Origin: Leucoraja ocellata
Lineage: Eukaryota
Length of the DNA: 64,000 nt
Assembly (NCBI GenBank): GCA_036785375.1
Contig: JAWMAR010000026.1
Coordinates: 7,254,001-7,318,000, forward strand
Reading direction: 5' to 3'
Part shown: piece after piece, positions 48,741-62,109 of the stretch
Layout of the letters: every line of letters begins with the position of its first letter
Position numbering within the stretch: the first letter of the stretch is position 1
Translations under genes and position numbers: made by a program
The notes under the pieces: generated by a model
The model's input: only the letters and a program-made list of their open reading frames with translations
What the model was told of the DNA's origin: nothing
Databases searched by the model: none

Positions 48741-49280
48741 AATCTGAAACATTGCCTGGCCATTCCCTCCACAGATGCAGCCTGACCTGCTGAGTTCCTC
48801 CAGCACTTTGACCACTGCTTCCTTGCTATGTTCTTTTAATTTCATAGAATCTGGACTTCACTCGCAAGGCCAGTATTTGTTGCCCATGTCTGATTCTGAA
48901 AAGATTGAGAGCCACATTCATGAACCACTGCAGTCCTCTGGTGATGGTGCTCTCGTTGTGTTGTTGGGAAGTGGGTTCGCCAACATAGATCTAGTGATAA
49001 CCAAGAACTGGTGATGTACTTTCTTGGCAGAGGTTGTGAGTTTGGAGTGGTGGTCTAAGGAGATGTGCCGACGAGTGTGTAAATGGAGGTACAAACGGCA
49101 GCCACAGTGCTGTGGTGGAGGGAGGTATGTTCGGAGGGGTGGGTTGGGTGGGGCAGTCGAGCTGCTGGCTCCTGGAAGGGAGAGAATTCCCTGAGTGCTG
49201 CTGTGCTCTGCTTTTACTCAGTCGTTCCTATGGGGGCCGTTGTTTAATGTGAGAATAACTGAGAGTTGTTCTGCCTGCAG

Positions 49281-49328
49281 ATTGCAGAGGTGCTGAAGAA
49301 GCTGCAACCTGATGTGCTGCTCACCTTG
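49281..49328 (+). CDS. PEPD: PEPD exon 5 (48 nt)
   Basis: ctgcag|ATT...TTG|gtatgt. Encodes IAEVLKKLQPDVLLTL. Confidence 0.95.
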
Positions 49329-49501
49329 GTATGTACTGTTGGCAGCTACCCCCCCTCTGCCCCTCCGTCCAGGGTCCCCATCCCTGCCCGGCCCCACTCC
49401 ACCTGTCCTGAGCACCCTCCCCCACCCCTCACCTTCCGTCCTCTTGGCCCTCCCCTCCCCTTGTATGACCATGTGATCCGTAACTGTGGTTGTAATTCCA
49501 G

Positions 49502-49563
49502 CGCGGCCTCAACACTGACAGTGGGAACATCACTCGAGAAGCCTCCTTCGACGGTATCAGCCA
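49502..49563 (+). CDS. PEPD: PEPD exon 6 (62 nt)
   Basis: ttccag|CGC...AGC CA|gtaagt. Encodes RGLNTDSGNITREASFDGIS(Q). Confidence 0.96.
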
Positions 49564-49984
49564 GTAAGTGCTTGTTATGCTTTTGCCTTGACTAATTATG
49601 CAAGGACTTCACCACTATATCTGTGAGGACCGTGTGCAAGAGTGAAATGCAGGAACGATTTGCCAAAGACAGCTGACTTTGGAGAGACTTTTCTGTGGGG
49701 CAAACAAATGGAGAGACAAAAGACTGGCAGATGCTGGAATCCAGAGCACAAGGCAGAGTGCTGGGAGAGCTTTGAGTCAGGCAGCATCTGTGGAGGGAAT
49801 GGACAGTTGATGCTTTATGTGTAGAGACTGCACCAGTCTTGAGTACAACAACTGCAGTCCCTTGTGTCTGCAACTGTGGGCATACAGGGACTGACAATCT
49901 TTATGCTGAGTTTGCTGGCAAGTGTGGTAAATGTTCCAACACAGTACTGATAGACCACTGCTCTGTTGGACATGAAGGCTTTTT

Positions 49985-50278
49985 TTTAGAGGTACTGTGT
50001 GGGAAACGGGCCCTTCTGCCAACCAAGTCCACGCCGACCATCGATCACCCATACACTAGCTCTATGCTATTACACACTGGGGGCAATTTACAAAAGCCAA
50101 TTAACTTATAAACCTGCAGGTCTTAGGAATGTGGGAGGATTCTGGCGCACCCGGCGAAAACACACGCGGTCACAGGGACAATGTATAAACTCGACACAGA
50201 CAACGGCCGTAGTCGGGATCGAACCCGGGTCTCTGGCGGTGTGAAGCAACAGCTCTACTGCTGCGCCACTGTGCTGGC
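49985..50278 (-). mobile_element. tRNA-derived V-SINE-like element
   Basis: Reverse strand begins GCACAGTGGCGCAGCAGTAGAG...GGGTTCGATCCCG (Pol III A/B boxes) and ends in a CR1-like tail. Confidence 0.8.
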
Positions 50279-51942
50279 ATCTAATAAGGTGGACACACGA
50301 GGATGCTCCTTACAATGTTTAAGCAAGGAGATGTTGGAAGGATGCTTTCTCTGGCTTGTGGGATCTAAACACCATGGTCACAATTTCAAAATGACGGGAT
50401 TTAGGACTCAAATTAGGAGTTTGTAACTTTAGGTTGGCCCTCAGTACCCACAGTGTTTGTTGGCAAGGATTTCCAGGTTTCTGGGCCCTCTATATGGATG
50501 CTGCTTCCTGACCTCTGCTGGGTTCCAGTTTTCAATTTCACCTTCACAGATGCACCATACCTCCCACTGGTGCTTTCTTGTTCAAGGCAACATATTCTAT
50601 CCAATCTATCAGCATTTAAGCCTCAAGCTGGTGAACCCTTCCCCTAAGGCCAGAGCATACATCCTCTGAGATCCAGTGCCTGCCGCGTTGTGCTTTTGAA
50701 CTCAAAAGACTCTCTTAGACTGTTTGTCTTGGCCGGGATCCTGGAGCTTTTGACTGCTGGTCTCAGTGGGCTGGGTTGCCTTTGCTTAAAAACCCACCGA
50801 ATTACCGTTGTTACTTCCAGTCAGATCAGCACAATCCAGTAGTTGGAAGTATTGTTCTGATGTGATCAACAGAAGGCTGCTGTCGTTCTAACGTTAGCCT
50901 TGTTTTGAAGCGGCTGTGTAAAATATCAAAATAGTTCATCTTCGTCACAGAAATTGTGTCCCTAAGGAAAACGTTGCAAACGGGCATGAATTTCATTAAT
51001 GATTTATTGCAGCTAATAAAATCCCAACCAGGCTGATGCAAGGAACTGCAGATGCTGGAATCCTGAGCAAAACGCTGGAGGAACTCAGCAGATCAGGCAG
51101 CATCTTTGGAGGGAATGGACAGACAACGTTTTGGGTTGGAACCCCTTCCACAGACTGATGGAGTTAGTGCGAGAATGTTGGGCAACAGAGGTGGGGGTGG
51201 GGAAAAGCCCAGCAAGTGACAGGTGGATGGTCTGGGTCAGAACATGGTCCAACAACAGGAACCACAGAGGGGGGAGCAGTGAGGGAGGATCACACGGCAG
51301 TGGTGGTTGTGTAGAGAATGGAGAGATGTGGATCTCGTTTGGCACAGACATTGGGCTGAATGGCCTTGTTCTTGTGCTGTATCATTCTATGTTTAAAGTT
51401 GACATACTTTGAGGAGATATTGGGTAGGACTGACAGTTTAAGATAATGCCTGAATCCTCCACTTAATCTGTGGCTGTTGGAAAAACACACTGCATTTAGC
51501 TGAGAGAATAAATAATTTCTTGTGGTTTTAAAAGCTATGTTCAACGATAGCACAGACATGTGTTTTTCACGCCACTGAATGAGTCAGGCGCAGTGAGTGA
51601 AACTTAGATCCTGAGTTGCCGAAATAACTCGGATGTGTGCACATAATCCCACTGGTAACAATGAGGTCATGTTTTGTATTTAGCTTCATCTTTCACATGA
51701 AATGTTATGCTGCGGCTCTCCAGAGTGCACAAAGGTCTCCTTAGAATAAAAAAGAAACCACAGGAGGAGTTCAGCGGGTCGGGCAGCATCTGACCAGACC
51801 TGCTGAGTTCCTCCAGCACTTTGTGTTTTGTTTAAGATTGCAGCATCTGCAGTTTCTTATGTCTCCTTGGAATGTTTTGAAGGGCATGGATATGATCTCC
51901 AGTATGTTGAAACAAGCCACAATCAGTTTTTGTTAGATTGAT

Positions 51943-52073
51943 GTGTAGGAAGGAACTGCAGATGCTGGTTTAAACTGAAGATAGGCGCAATGTTGGAGTA
52001 ACACAGTGGGACAGGAAGCATCTCTAGAGAGAAGGAATGGGTGACGTTTTGGGTTGAGACACTTCTTCAGACT
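51943..52073 (-). mobile_element. Short Penelope-type hammerhead-core element with 7-bp TSD
   Basis: 131 bp, GTGTAGGAAGGAACTGCAG...CTTCTTCAGACT, flanked by GATTGAT at 51936-51942 and 52074-52080. Confidence 0.75.
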
Positions 52074-52145
52074 GATTGATCTTGTTAAATTCTAACTTAT
52101 TCAGTAGATCTTGTTCTTCCATTTTACTGCTCGACTGCAATATCT

Positions 52146-52448
52146 CATAGAAACATAGAAAATAGGTGCAGGAGTAGGCCATTCGGCCCTTCAAGCCTGC
52201 ACCGCCATTCAATATGATCATGGCTAATCATCCAACTCAGTATCCTGTTCCTGCCTTCTCTCCATACCCCCTGATCCCTTTAGCCACAAGGGCCACATCT
52301 AACTCCCTCTACAATATAGCCAATGAACTGGCCTCAACTACCTTCTGCGGCAGAGAATTCCAGAGATTCACCACTCTCTGTGTGAAAAAGGTTTTCCTCA
52401 TCTCGGTCCGAAAAGATTTCCCCCTTATCCTTATGTGACCCCTTGTTC
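52146..52448 (-). mobile_element. Young CR1 3' fragment
   Basis: IRIRGKSFRTEMRKTFFTQRVVNLWNSLPQKVVEA and a (GAAACATA) tail. Confidence 0.88.
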
Positions 52449-53789
52449 TCCTCAAAGTATTCCTAATGTACCATATATAACATTTAAGGGACATTTGGGG
52501 TACTATCATAAAATGTAACCTTTATGAGACGTTTGGCCGGGTGCATGCATAGGTACGGTTTAGAGGGTTATGGACCAAGCACGGGCCCTTACATTATTGA
52601 AATCATGTCCTGGTATAACTGAGCAAAATGCAGCACCTAACTGGCATTCCATTTGGCATTCTTTGGCTCATTTGCCCAGCTGATGAAAACCCCACTCTTG
52701 TTAATGATGATACCATCTATTTTAGTGTCATCTGCAAACTTACTAATGGTGCCTTGTCTGCTCTCATATGAATCATTGATATTGATATCGTTGACATAGG
52801 ATGTGAGCAGAATTAATTATTTGAAACCATTTAACTGCCCACCCTTATTCTCAAGGTTTAAAATTAACTGTGTTACAAATATATTTCAGGAGGAAGAGAA
52901 TGCGATCCATTTATAACCTGCAGAATACATTAGCGTCTGACTCATTCAGCCGATCCTGTCAACGAGTCATATATACCATCTAAAAATCAATGCACTCTCT
53001 GAATGGCCAATATCCAGTATTTATACAGAGATAATAAAACATAATTAGAGCGGGACCCTTTTGTGTGAAAAGGTTAACAAGCCTGGCAGAAAAATTGCAC
53101 GTTGTGAAATTTTTATTGACTGCTAATCCTTTGCCCCTTTACCCTCTAGTGAAATTAGATTTCATAAGTATGCTCATAAAGTGCGGCGGAAAGCTGCTAA
53201 CAAGGCCAGTGCTGACCTGTGCTCTGGACTAGTCGACGTGATGACTGCTTCTGGGGCGATCCGTGCATCTGAGTCCTCTCGTCAGTCCCTACCTACCGCC
53301 TCACTGTTACCGTGTCTTTAACCAGGCCCTGGGTTTCCTCCCGCAAGGTTCCGTATTATAAACGAGGCAATTCCTCGAGTCTACTTTGGTCCACAGAGCA
53401 CATTCTCCCCATCACTTTCCCTACAACTGATTCTCCTCATAATCCTGTCAACTCCCCACCTCCCCCTGGATTCTAGCCCTCGCCTACACACAAGGGACAA
53501 TTTACCGCGGACAATTAATCCACTGTCCCACAAGTCTTTGGGAAGTGGGAGGAAACCTGCTGTGGGAATCCCCCTTGCTCATAGAGAGATGTGCAAATTG
53601 TACACAGACGTGTCACGTTGGGAGTGCTGTGACTTTATTTGCACCCCCTTTACACCAACACCTTCCCCCTCCCTGGGCCGTGCACAACCCAACCCAAACC
53701 TGCTCAATCTTCCCTCGGTTTTAATTTGTTCTGAGGATCGACTTGCTGTAGGCAGAGCTGTTTCAAAGCCAAATTGTGATGCTTCCATA

Positions 53790-54125
53790 TAGATATACAC
53801 AAAATGCTGGAGTAACTCAGGGGGGCATCACTGGAGAGAAGGAATGGGTGACGTTTTGGGTCAAGACCCTTCTTCCGACTGAGAATCGGGGAGAGAGAGA
53901 AATGAGATATGGAATGGTACAAAGAACATGGAAGGTGTGAAAAGAACAGGTCAAGGAAATGTACTCCCGGATGAGGGGAAAGTGATGACGAGGTATACAA
54001 TCCGTAACATTAATAAGGAGGACTGAAACTAGAAGGGTGGGGGAGGGATGGAGACAGAGGGAAAGCAGTGATTTCTTGAAGTTAGAGAAATCAATATTCA
54101 TTCCGCTGGCAATATTCATCCCGAT
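53790..54125 (-). mobile_element. Penelope-like 3' end (ORF terminus GMNIDFSNFK, UTR and hammerhead-core terminal repeat)
   Basis: The minus-strand peptide ..SGMNIDFSNFK is followed by a pyrimidine-rich UTR and the same terminal motif, linking the short element to Penelope bodies. Confidence 0.65.
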
Positions 54126-54611
54126 AGGATGCTTTTACATCTCATGAAGGAAAGTGGCACTTTTGACAATGCAGCACTCCCTCAGTGCTTGTATTGGAAG
54201 TATCAGCTGAGATTATGGACTTGATTTTCCGGTGTAAGGTTTGAATGTATGATCATTCTGGAGAAATTAATTTATTGAGTTGAATGAGAAAATGAAGTGT
54301 AATCCTGCTAGGTGCTGTTGAGGTACATTGCTTTCTAAAGGAAACTGTAGGTGTGTGTCTCTCCGTCACCGGTCCAGACATGGCAACTGTGCACTCTATC
54401 CGTTAGTTATCCTCACTGAAGTTCAATCCTTGAACCATGGCTACAGTTAAGGAATAATGCTTGGCACTGTCATTGTGGGCTGAAGGGCCTGTTCTTGCGG
54501 TGCAGTGCTCTATGTTAAGGAAGGTGATCAGGGTGAACAGAAGGGGAGGCTGTGTACTTTTCTACGATGCACCATAGGTTTCAGTAATATCTATTATTTT
54601 CTCTTCTCCAG

Positions 54612-54656
54612 GTTTAATGTGAATAATGTCTTGCTGCATCCAGAGATTGCGGAATG
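54612..54656 (+). CDS. PEPD: PEPD exon 7 (45 nt)
   Basis: ctccag|G TTT...GAA TG|gtgagt. Encodes FNVNNVLLHPEIAE(C). Confidence 0.96.
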
Positions 54657-55376
54657 GTGAGTATCTGTTTAGAATTCTTTCTGTGACCGCAGTGCAGGTG
54701 AATCGTGGCTTCGGGCCGTACCACACCACTCCATCGGGGCCCCTGCCTCATTCCAACAACAAGCATTCATGCAGCACCTCTAGTAGCTCCTCTTTAGCGC
54801 TTCCCTTGACTCCCAGCAGTGCCCTCAGGACGTGGCCCTCTGGGGAAACAAAAGCTCTGCCCCACTGTGTCCCTCCACTTTCTAGGGTTCAACCTCCAGA
54901 TACGAAAGCCAACAACATCTGTACAGCTACTAAAAAATGACCTCGGTTGGAGAAAAGTGTTGACTGTATTTACTGTGAAACATTCATACATATTTTATGA
55001 GGAAATGTTACACAACCAGGGAGGAGATTAATCACATTGAAGAATGGACAGTTTTAGTTTAATTTGCACTACTTCAGATTGGACTACATCCATTGCACCA
55101 TTCTGTTGCTTTGCATTTGCTGTGGTATTCTTCTATCTATCATGTATACTGTGTACTCTGAGCTTTATGGTGTTTTTATTGCACCCTTATGTATATGGCA
55201 CTAATCTAATCTGAGGTACACTGGATAAGCTTTGGCATTGGTTTATTATTGTCACATGTAACGAGATACAGTTCAAAGATGTTTGCGTGCTATTCAGTCA
55301 AATAAAATCACACTATACACAAGTACAATCAAAAAGAAAATCTCAACGGGTCAGGCGGCATCTCTGGAGAACAATG

Positions 55377-55602
55377 ATAGTGAATCTCTGGAATTCTCTG
55401 CCACAGAAGGTAGTTGAGGCCAATTCATTGGCTATATTTATGAGGGAGTTAGATGTGGCCCTTGTGGCTAAAGGTATCAGGGGGTATGGAGAGAAGGCAG
55501 GTACAGGATACTGAGTTGGATGATCAGCCATGATCATATTGAATAGCAGTGCAGGCTCGAAGGGCCGAATGGCCTACTCCTGCACCTATTTTCTGTTTCT
55601 AT
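55377..55602 (+). mobile_element. Young CR1 3' fragment, inserted within a Penelope-type fold-back
   Basis: VNLWNSLPQKVVEANSLAIF. Penelope terminal sequence lies on both sides (55340-55372 and 55605-55700). Confidence 0.85.
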
Positions 55603-58600
55603 AGCTGTCGCCCGTCCGTGTCCTCCAGGGAAGCTGCCTGACTCGCTGAGTCACTTCAGCACTTTGTGTCATTGTTTGTAAACCAGCATCTGGAATTCCG
55701 TGTGTTTGCACGAGTGCAACCAAGCCATACACGAGTACAATGGGTAGTGCAAAGAGAAAGATGCCATAGTGCAGAATATAGCGTTACTGCGATATAGTGT
55801 TATGGTTGCTGCGAGAAAGTGCAAGGTCTGCTATGAGGTCTGTCGGAAGATCGGATCTACACCATAGCTTATAGGAGCGCTGTTCAGTAGTCTGATAACA
55901 GTGAGAAAGCAGCTGTACCTGAATCTAGTTTTGACAGTGAGCATGCCGAGTGTGATCCCAGACTGACTTCTAATGAGGGAACGTGACACACGTTGTTCCT
56001 CGGTACTTGGTGTGTTATGTGGGGGGAGGGGCGTCTGCTGCAGTGCAGTTTAATCAACGTGTTTGACTGCATTAAACTACTCTGCAGCAACGTTTCTCTA
56101 TATTCAAGCTGCCCAGATTAATTCCCCACGCCCTTTAATATCCCACCTAGTCTGTTCACACTCTCCTCTCATTTCCCCATACTCTTTAATATCCCACTTA
56201 TATCCTGTGCATTTCAATAATTGAATCCAACTCCTGCTCCCACAGGGAGTGCTTGACGTCGAGGGGATGGATGCCTGTAAAGGGGGCTGGTCAAGCGTAT
56301 GAGGGGGAGGGGATAAAAGATCCCACTGATAGATTGAGATGATGAACGACAGATGACAGTAGCAAGGAGTGTGGGCTGAATGGTCTTGTGAAGTGTTGCA
56401 TGTCCTATGGAATGCTTGCTTCATTGCACCTTTTAAAAGTGATTGAAAAGAACAGAATCCATAAGCAGTAACTGGCCTGGAAAAGGGCTTTTGGTCGTCT
56501 TATCTGCAGGAACCATGCAGAAAGTCTCGTCCTCCTTCCACCTCCCTGGAGGCCTTGCAATTCATGTCTTTACTTGCCGTTTTAAGTTTATCTGTCTCTT
56601 CCTATGTTTCTATGTTTCCATCCTATGAGGCAAAGCATGCTCTGATCTTTGAAGTTACGATCCCTTCTCTTGACACTGGACTGCATTAACAGAGTGGGTA
56701 CTGGGTCTCTGTCCACAGTGGACCAGGAAACCCATTAATGTGTGAGCCCGTGCAGATTCTAACCCGGTCCTTGCTCTCTCTGCATTATCCAGCTCCTCTG
56801 CTGCCCATGTTTATCATTCCCTTAAAACAAGAACAAGTCGCCTCTATCCGACCCACCTCGGGGGCAAAATATCCCAGCAGTTCTGTCTGAAGCAATTTCT
56901 GAAGAACACTCTCCTCACTATTTTTTAAATCAATCCCCAGCTGTGCATATCTGGCAGTCAGTTGGTTTAGATCTCCTGTGTATTATTGTGCTCTGCGCTT
57001 CTAGTATTACTTTACATCCATTGAACATAAAATATGATTTGAGTTTTTCCGAATATATGAGATGTCCTCTTTTGGCTGCATTGATTTTGAGAGGTTTCTG
57101 ACTGAATGGCGGGGGATGGAGAGGAAGAATCATCCAAGGTGATTTGATATCTGGATCATGCTGAACTAAGATTGGTTTTCACCACGGAATGCAGCTTCAA
57201 GTCATCCGGGAGCTAATAATTTCAGATTTTTGAGGGACCACTGAGTAGGCCAGTGAACAGGAGATACTTGATCATGTGTGATTGGATGAAATATCACCCT
57301 CTGATTGCTGGACTCCTCTGGTGAATGTCATTAACCCTCCTCCTCCCCCAGAATCAACAGCTGCTTGTTGCTCCCCATTCCTGGCACCCACATTGTACGT
57401 GTTAGTCTAGGCAGTGAATGTCAATGGAAGGTATCAGGCTTTCCAGCAGGGAATCGCTCTTGCCCCAGGGGCTTTTGTTACCTGCCTCCCATCACCACGC
57501 TCCTCGCCTTTCCAAGGGCAGTCATCGAAGCTGAGGAGTTTGATGCAAGATTACAGGCCGCTGGCGACCATACTTAGCCAGCCAACAATGGGCCATTATG
57601 GGGTCCACCCTTCCTGAGGTCGACTGTTGGCTGCCCTGATTTGTGCTGACCCAAAACCTGAATTCACCAGAGATGCTGCATGACCCGCTGAGTTACTCAA
57701 GCGCTTTGTATCTTTGGTATAAACCAGCATCTGCAGTTCCTTTCTACACACCTGGTCTACTGTTATATAGTTTTGGTCCTCTTAGATCAGATATACATCG
57801 AGTCAGTGCAGCTGTGGATTTGTGGGTGAAGGGGTTGACAGAAGAAGGGGAGGTGAACCTGTCGACCCACACTCATTGAATTGCAGATTTATTTAACCAT
57901 ATTCTGAGGGATGCTGGCAAGGTGGATGCTGACATGGGTGGATGCTGACGGGGCATTTTGTCTAGAACCGGCTGGCATCATTTCAGAATCCCGCTTTGCC
58001 CACTTCAGAGAAACAAGAAGGATTTTCTTTTGAGAAGGATGTGAAACTTTGGAATTCTGAGCCGCCCAGATTTTCGGTAGCGGAGTCATTGAATATGTTC
58101 AATGTGGAGGCATAAAATGCGAGGGAGGCGGGTGTGGGGAGAGTGAAGGCCAAGATTGGTTCAGCCGTGATACTGACCAGGTAGAGCAGACTTGTGGCCT
58201 GTTCCTCTTGACCAAGTGCAACCTCGTCCAGTCAACCACTGCCCGAGGTAGAATAGTTCAACTACCTGCCTTCCGTTAACTTTAATTATCCTGATCTAAT
58301 GACCAAAACCTTTAGAGATTGTCTCCTGTTTGAGGGCTATTCTGTTGTTGGTTTCCAGATCTCTAATGAGCAATATATATATTTTTTATAACTGTGATTA
58401 TCAGTGCACTGCTGAGGAATGCTGTGCTGGCAACTTTCTCTTGGCTGAGAAACCAGCTGGCTCTGTGTGTGGCTGTAAATGATTGCTTGCACAGTGGCTG
58501 CTCATTCAGTGCACAGCTGATCCCAGCTGGCCACTTCAATGGGTACCATTACCCCCAACCCACTGCCCCCGTTTCCCCCATTTATTTTCGCACACATGCC

Positions 58601-60917
58601 TAACTCCTCTCTTTGCTAGTTACCTACATTAAGGGGTAACACCTACAGTGAACAATTGTCCAACTTGCACATGTGGGAGGTATCCGGGAAACGGGCACAG
58701 TCACAGGGAGAACATGCAAACTCCACACAGACAGCACACGAGGGCAGGATCAATCCCGGATGCATGTGGTGACATGGCAGTGCCTCTAACTACTTGGCAC
58801 CAATCTATTACTGTTGTTTGGAAGGGGCAGTCCCAATAAACTGTCTATAGTCGGGGATAGTGTACGTTAGATGCAAAGCGAAACCATATCAACACCGTCC
58901 TGTCTCGCACTCCCAGAGAGAAGATGCCAATGGTTAGACTCTGTGTGAAGCTTCCTCTTCTCGGCCCCATCAAAAGCTCGAGTTGCTCAGTTTTACAGCT
59001 GCATTGAGCCCTACTTGCAATGTCTGAAAGATGCTGATTTCTAGTCAAACAGGCCCTTCCACCCAACTCATCCACGCTGACCCTGTGCTAATTCCACATG
59101 CCCACGTTTGGCTCGTATCCCTCAACCTTTCCTATCCATGTACCTGTCCAAATATAATTTAAATATTGTTATTGTACCAGCCTCAACTACTTATCTTGGC
59201 AACTTGTCCCACATACCCACCACCCTCTATCAGAACGTTGCCCCTTTAAATCTCTCCAATCTCATCTTAAACCCTTGCCTTCTAGTTTTATATTTTTCTC
59301 CCATGGGGAAAAAATCTGACCATTCACCTTTTCCATGAATCTTGTGATCTTGTACCTGCACTGCAGCCTGAAAGTTGTTCTATAGAGGAGTGGTCGCTTT
59401 GAAGGATCCAGAGGAGGACTGTTCAAATGCTGGCGATCGATTCACTTTGGAAGCTCCTGTGGGAATGGGTGCTTGCGGAGTTTAAGTCGTGAGGGGAAGT
59501 GTAGAAAGCTGTGGACCTGAGCTTCCCTTATCTCATCTTGCGCTCAATGCGAGACTGTCTGAACTTTAATGCTGCGATTAGTCAATACTTCTATGATTCC
59601 ATTCTGTGATTACCAAACTCAGGGTGACCCTTGTACATTTGTTACCCAAACCTTCCCATCCTGCTGCTTTCTCAGAAAGCTTTGATGTAAATAATTAGCA
59701 TATTATCGATGCAGTGTGGCTGGTCATTGCTCATAACTTTAACTCGTCTCTTGCAAGATTGCAACTCCCCTCGACACCCTCTCTGGTGCGTTGTATCTTT
59801 CCTGCAGTGGGCTGACCAGAACTCCACACAGCACTCCACCTATGGTGTAACCAATGTTGAATGCAATGCCAGCGTTGCCTGCTGCTCTTATGCCATGTCT
59901 CAGCCAGGACTCTTTGTTATGCTGATTGTTATGTACACCAGGGTGTAATGCAATTCCATGAAGCTCAGAGTAAACAGTATACATACCACGGAGACACAAG
60001 GAACTACAAATGCTGGTTTACATGAATCGCAGAAAGTGCTAGAGTAACTCTGGATCAAGCGGGCGTTCCTCACACTGTAATTTCACTACACCCAGGTGTA
60101 TGTGACTAATAAAGAAACCTTTGAACCTGTTAGCTACTTGCCCGTTTTGGTATCATCAGTAATTGTGGCTCATACATTTTGGCTCGGATCATTAATATAC
60201 CACAAAACGTTCAGAGCAAGAAATAAACTGCAGAAGGAAGTCAGCGGGCCGGGCAGCAACTATGGAGCGAGTAGACCCATTCCAACGTCTCGGGTTGGGA
60301 CTCTTCTTCGGACCTAGAAGTAAATGATTGAAGCAGTGGTTGGTTCAGGAAACAATGAGTCTGTCAGGAAGGTCCGGCTTGTGGATTTTGGGAAAGAGAT
60401 AGGGTTGGAGGCTGCAGAGGGGGAGATTGCCAGAGCTGATAAGATCTGTGTTGGTCTGGGATGTAATGACCTGGTGTTCATCACTGGGGACATGGTCATG
60501 GTATGAGAAGGCGTGTGAAGGAAATTCCTGACATAAAATATCACCTGTCCATTCCCTCCAAGATGCTGCCTGACCTCCTGAGTTCCTCCAGCACTTTGTG
60601 TTTTGCTCATGATTTCAGCATCTGCAGTTTCCTGTGTCTACAAACATTCAGAGCCCGATCCCGAGTCCTACCGCACACCATCCTCTGTCACAAGTTCTCA
60701 CTGATAATAACCATCAGCTGTCGCCATGACCCCATTATGAATCCCACTTGCTGCACTCCCTGGGCATTTACTGTCCGGGTCAATCTGCAGTCTGGCTTTT
60801 GTTGAATGTCATGTGTTACAATCCGCTTATATGGAGGAGCTGTGATACCAGGCACCTGTAACTCACACTGACTGTTTTCTCTCTCCCTCCCTCCCTCTCT
60901 CCCCCAAACCTCGGAAG

Positions 60918-60993
60918 CCGTGTGTTAAAGACAGACATGGAGCTGGAGCTTGTACGCTACACCAACCGCATCTCCAGCGAGGCCCACAAGGAG
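60918..60993 (+). CDS. PEPD: PEPD exon 8 (76 nt)
   Basis: cggaag|C CGT...GAG|gtgagt. Encodes [25 protein letters not shown], the start of the M24 catalytic domain. Confidence 0.95.
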
Positions 60994-62109
60994 GTGAGTA
61001 TCTGAAAAGCTTTCCAATAATTCCATGAATCTTGCTGGCAACTGATGGGATGAAGGAAAGGTGAGGACAGGATCGCTCGGAGAGATCCACTGCTGAACGA
61101 GTCCATAGTTCGAGGGTTGTGTTGTAAGCTTGCTGCAAATAAATCCATCATGAGTTTCATTGGTGAGGTTACCACAATTGCCACTCGCCCCTGACCAATC
61201 CTCCTCCTATCCTCCATCACACTCGTCCCAGCAGCACTCTGTTCCATTTGTTCTTAGAATCAAGGAATAATCGAGCTCCAGAGAAAACAATCAAAGTTTC
61301 CCCAATCTTTCCTAACAGCTAATATTCTCTAATCGAAAAAGAAGCACAGCTCTTCAAAACCTCTGCATCCTTCCTATAATAAGGCGACCAAATTGGCATG
61401 CTATATTTCCTAATGCAGCCTAACCAAAGCTAAACTCTACACTGCACAGCCTCACACTCCCTAGAGTGTCCTGTTGATTTAATTGCATTGTGCTGAATGT
61501 CTGAGTCTCTCTTTGCGTCGATGAAGTGTACACGATCACGTGGGGCTTGGATAAAGTGAATGCTCAGTCTTTTTCCAGGGTAGAAAAATCTAAAACTAGA
61601 GGGCATAGCCTTCGGGTGAGAGGGAAACCACAGTTGGAATGGGCTCAGTCTGTGCCCACTGGTCCTTGAGATGAGGGGTTATTTTTTTTTAAACTTAATA
61701 AACATCTTGTAAATTATTTAGGCAAACCCGTCAGGAGGAAAATGCAATTCTTCACAGAATAAACTGGTCCCTCCCTCTTGAGGGGCTGTGCGGGCTGTCG
61801 CCAGCTGTCTGCTGACGGCGAGTGGCAGAGGTCCCTGCAGAACTCGTCCATCAACACTGTCAAGTGGGAGTGGAGACATCGGCTATGCAGTCTGTGTGGA
61901 CCCAAGGGAGGAGCTGTTGCACCTTGTGTGGGAGGGTGTAGCTCACCATCTGCAGCATGGAGCAGAGTCTGCTGCTGTGTGGTGTATCAACACTTGGAGC
62001 CAGCCTGATGCACTAACTGTGCTGTGCGCGCCACAGCCATTATTGGGCCATCAATATTCTATGAAGCTGCCTGCCTTTCAGCCGGGGGTTGGCTGGTGCT
62101 GCTGGATAA

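Noticed and set aside
49985-50278. tRNA-like A/B boxes as a tRNA gene
   Set aside because: They continue into SINE core and LINE-like tail sequence; no complete cloverleaf seen.
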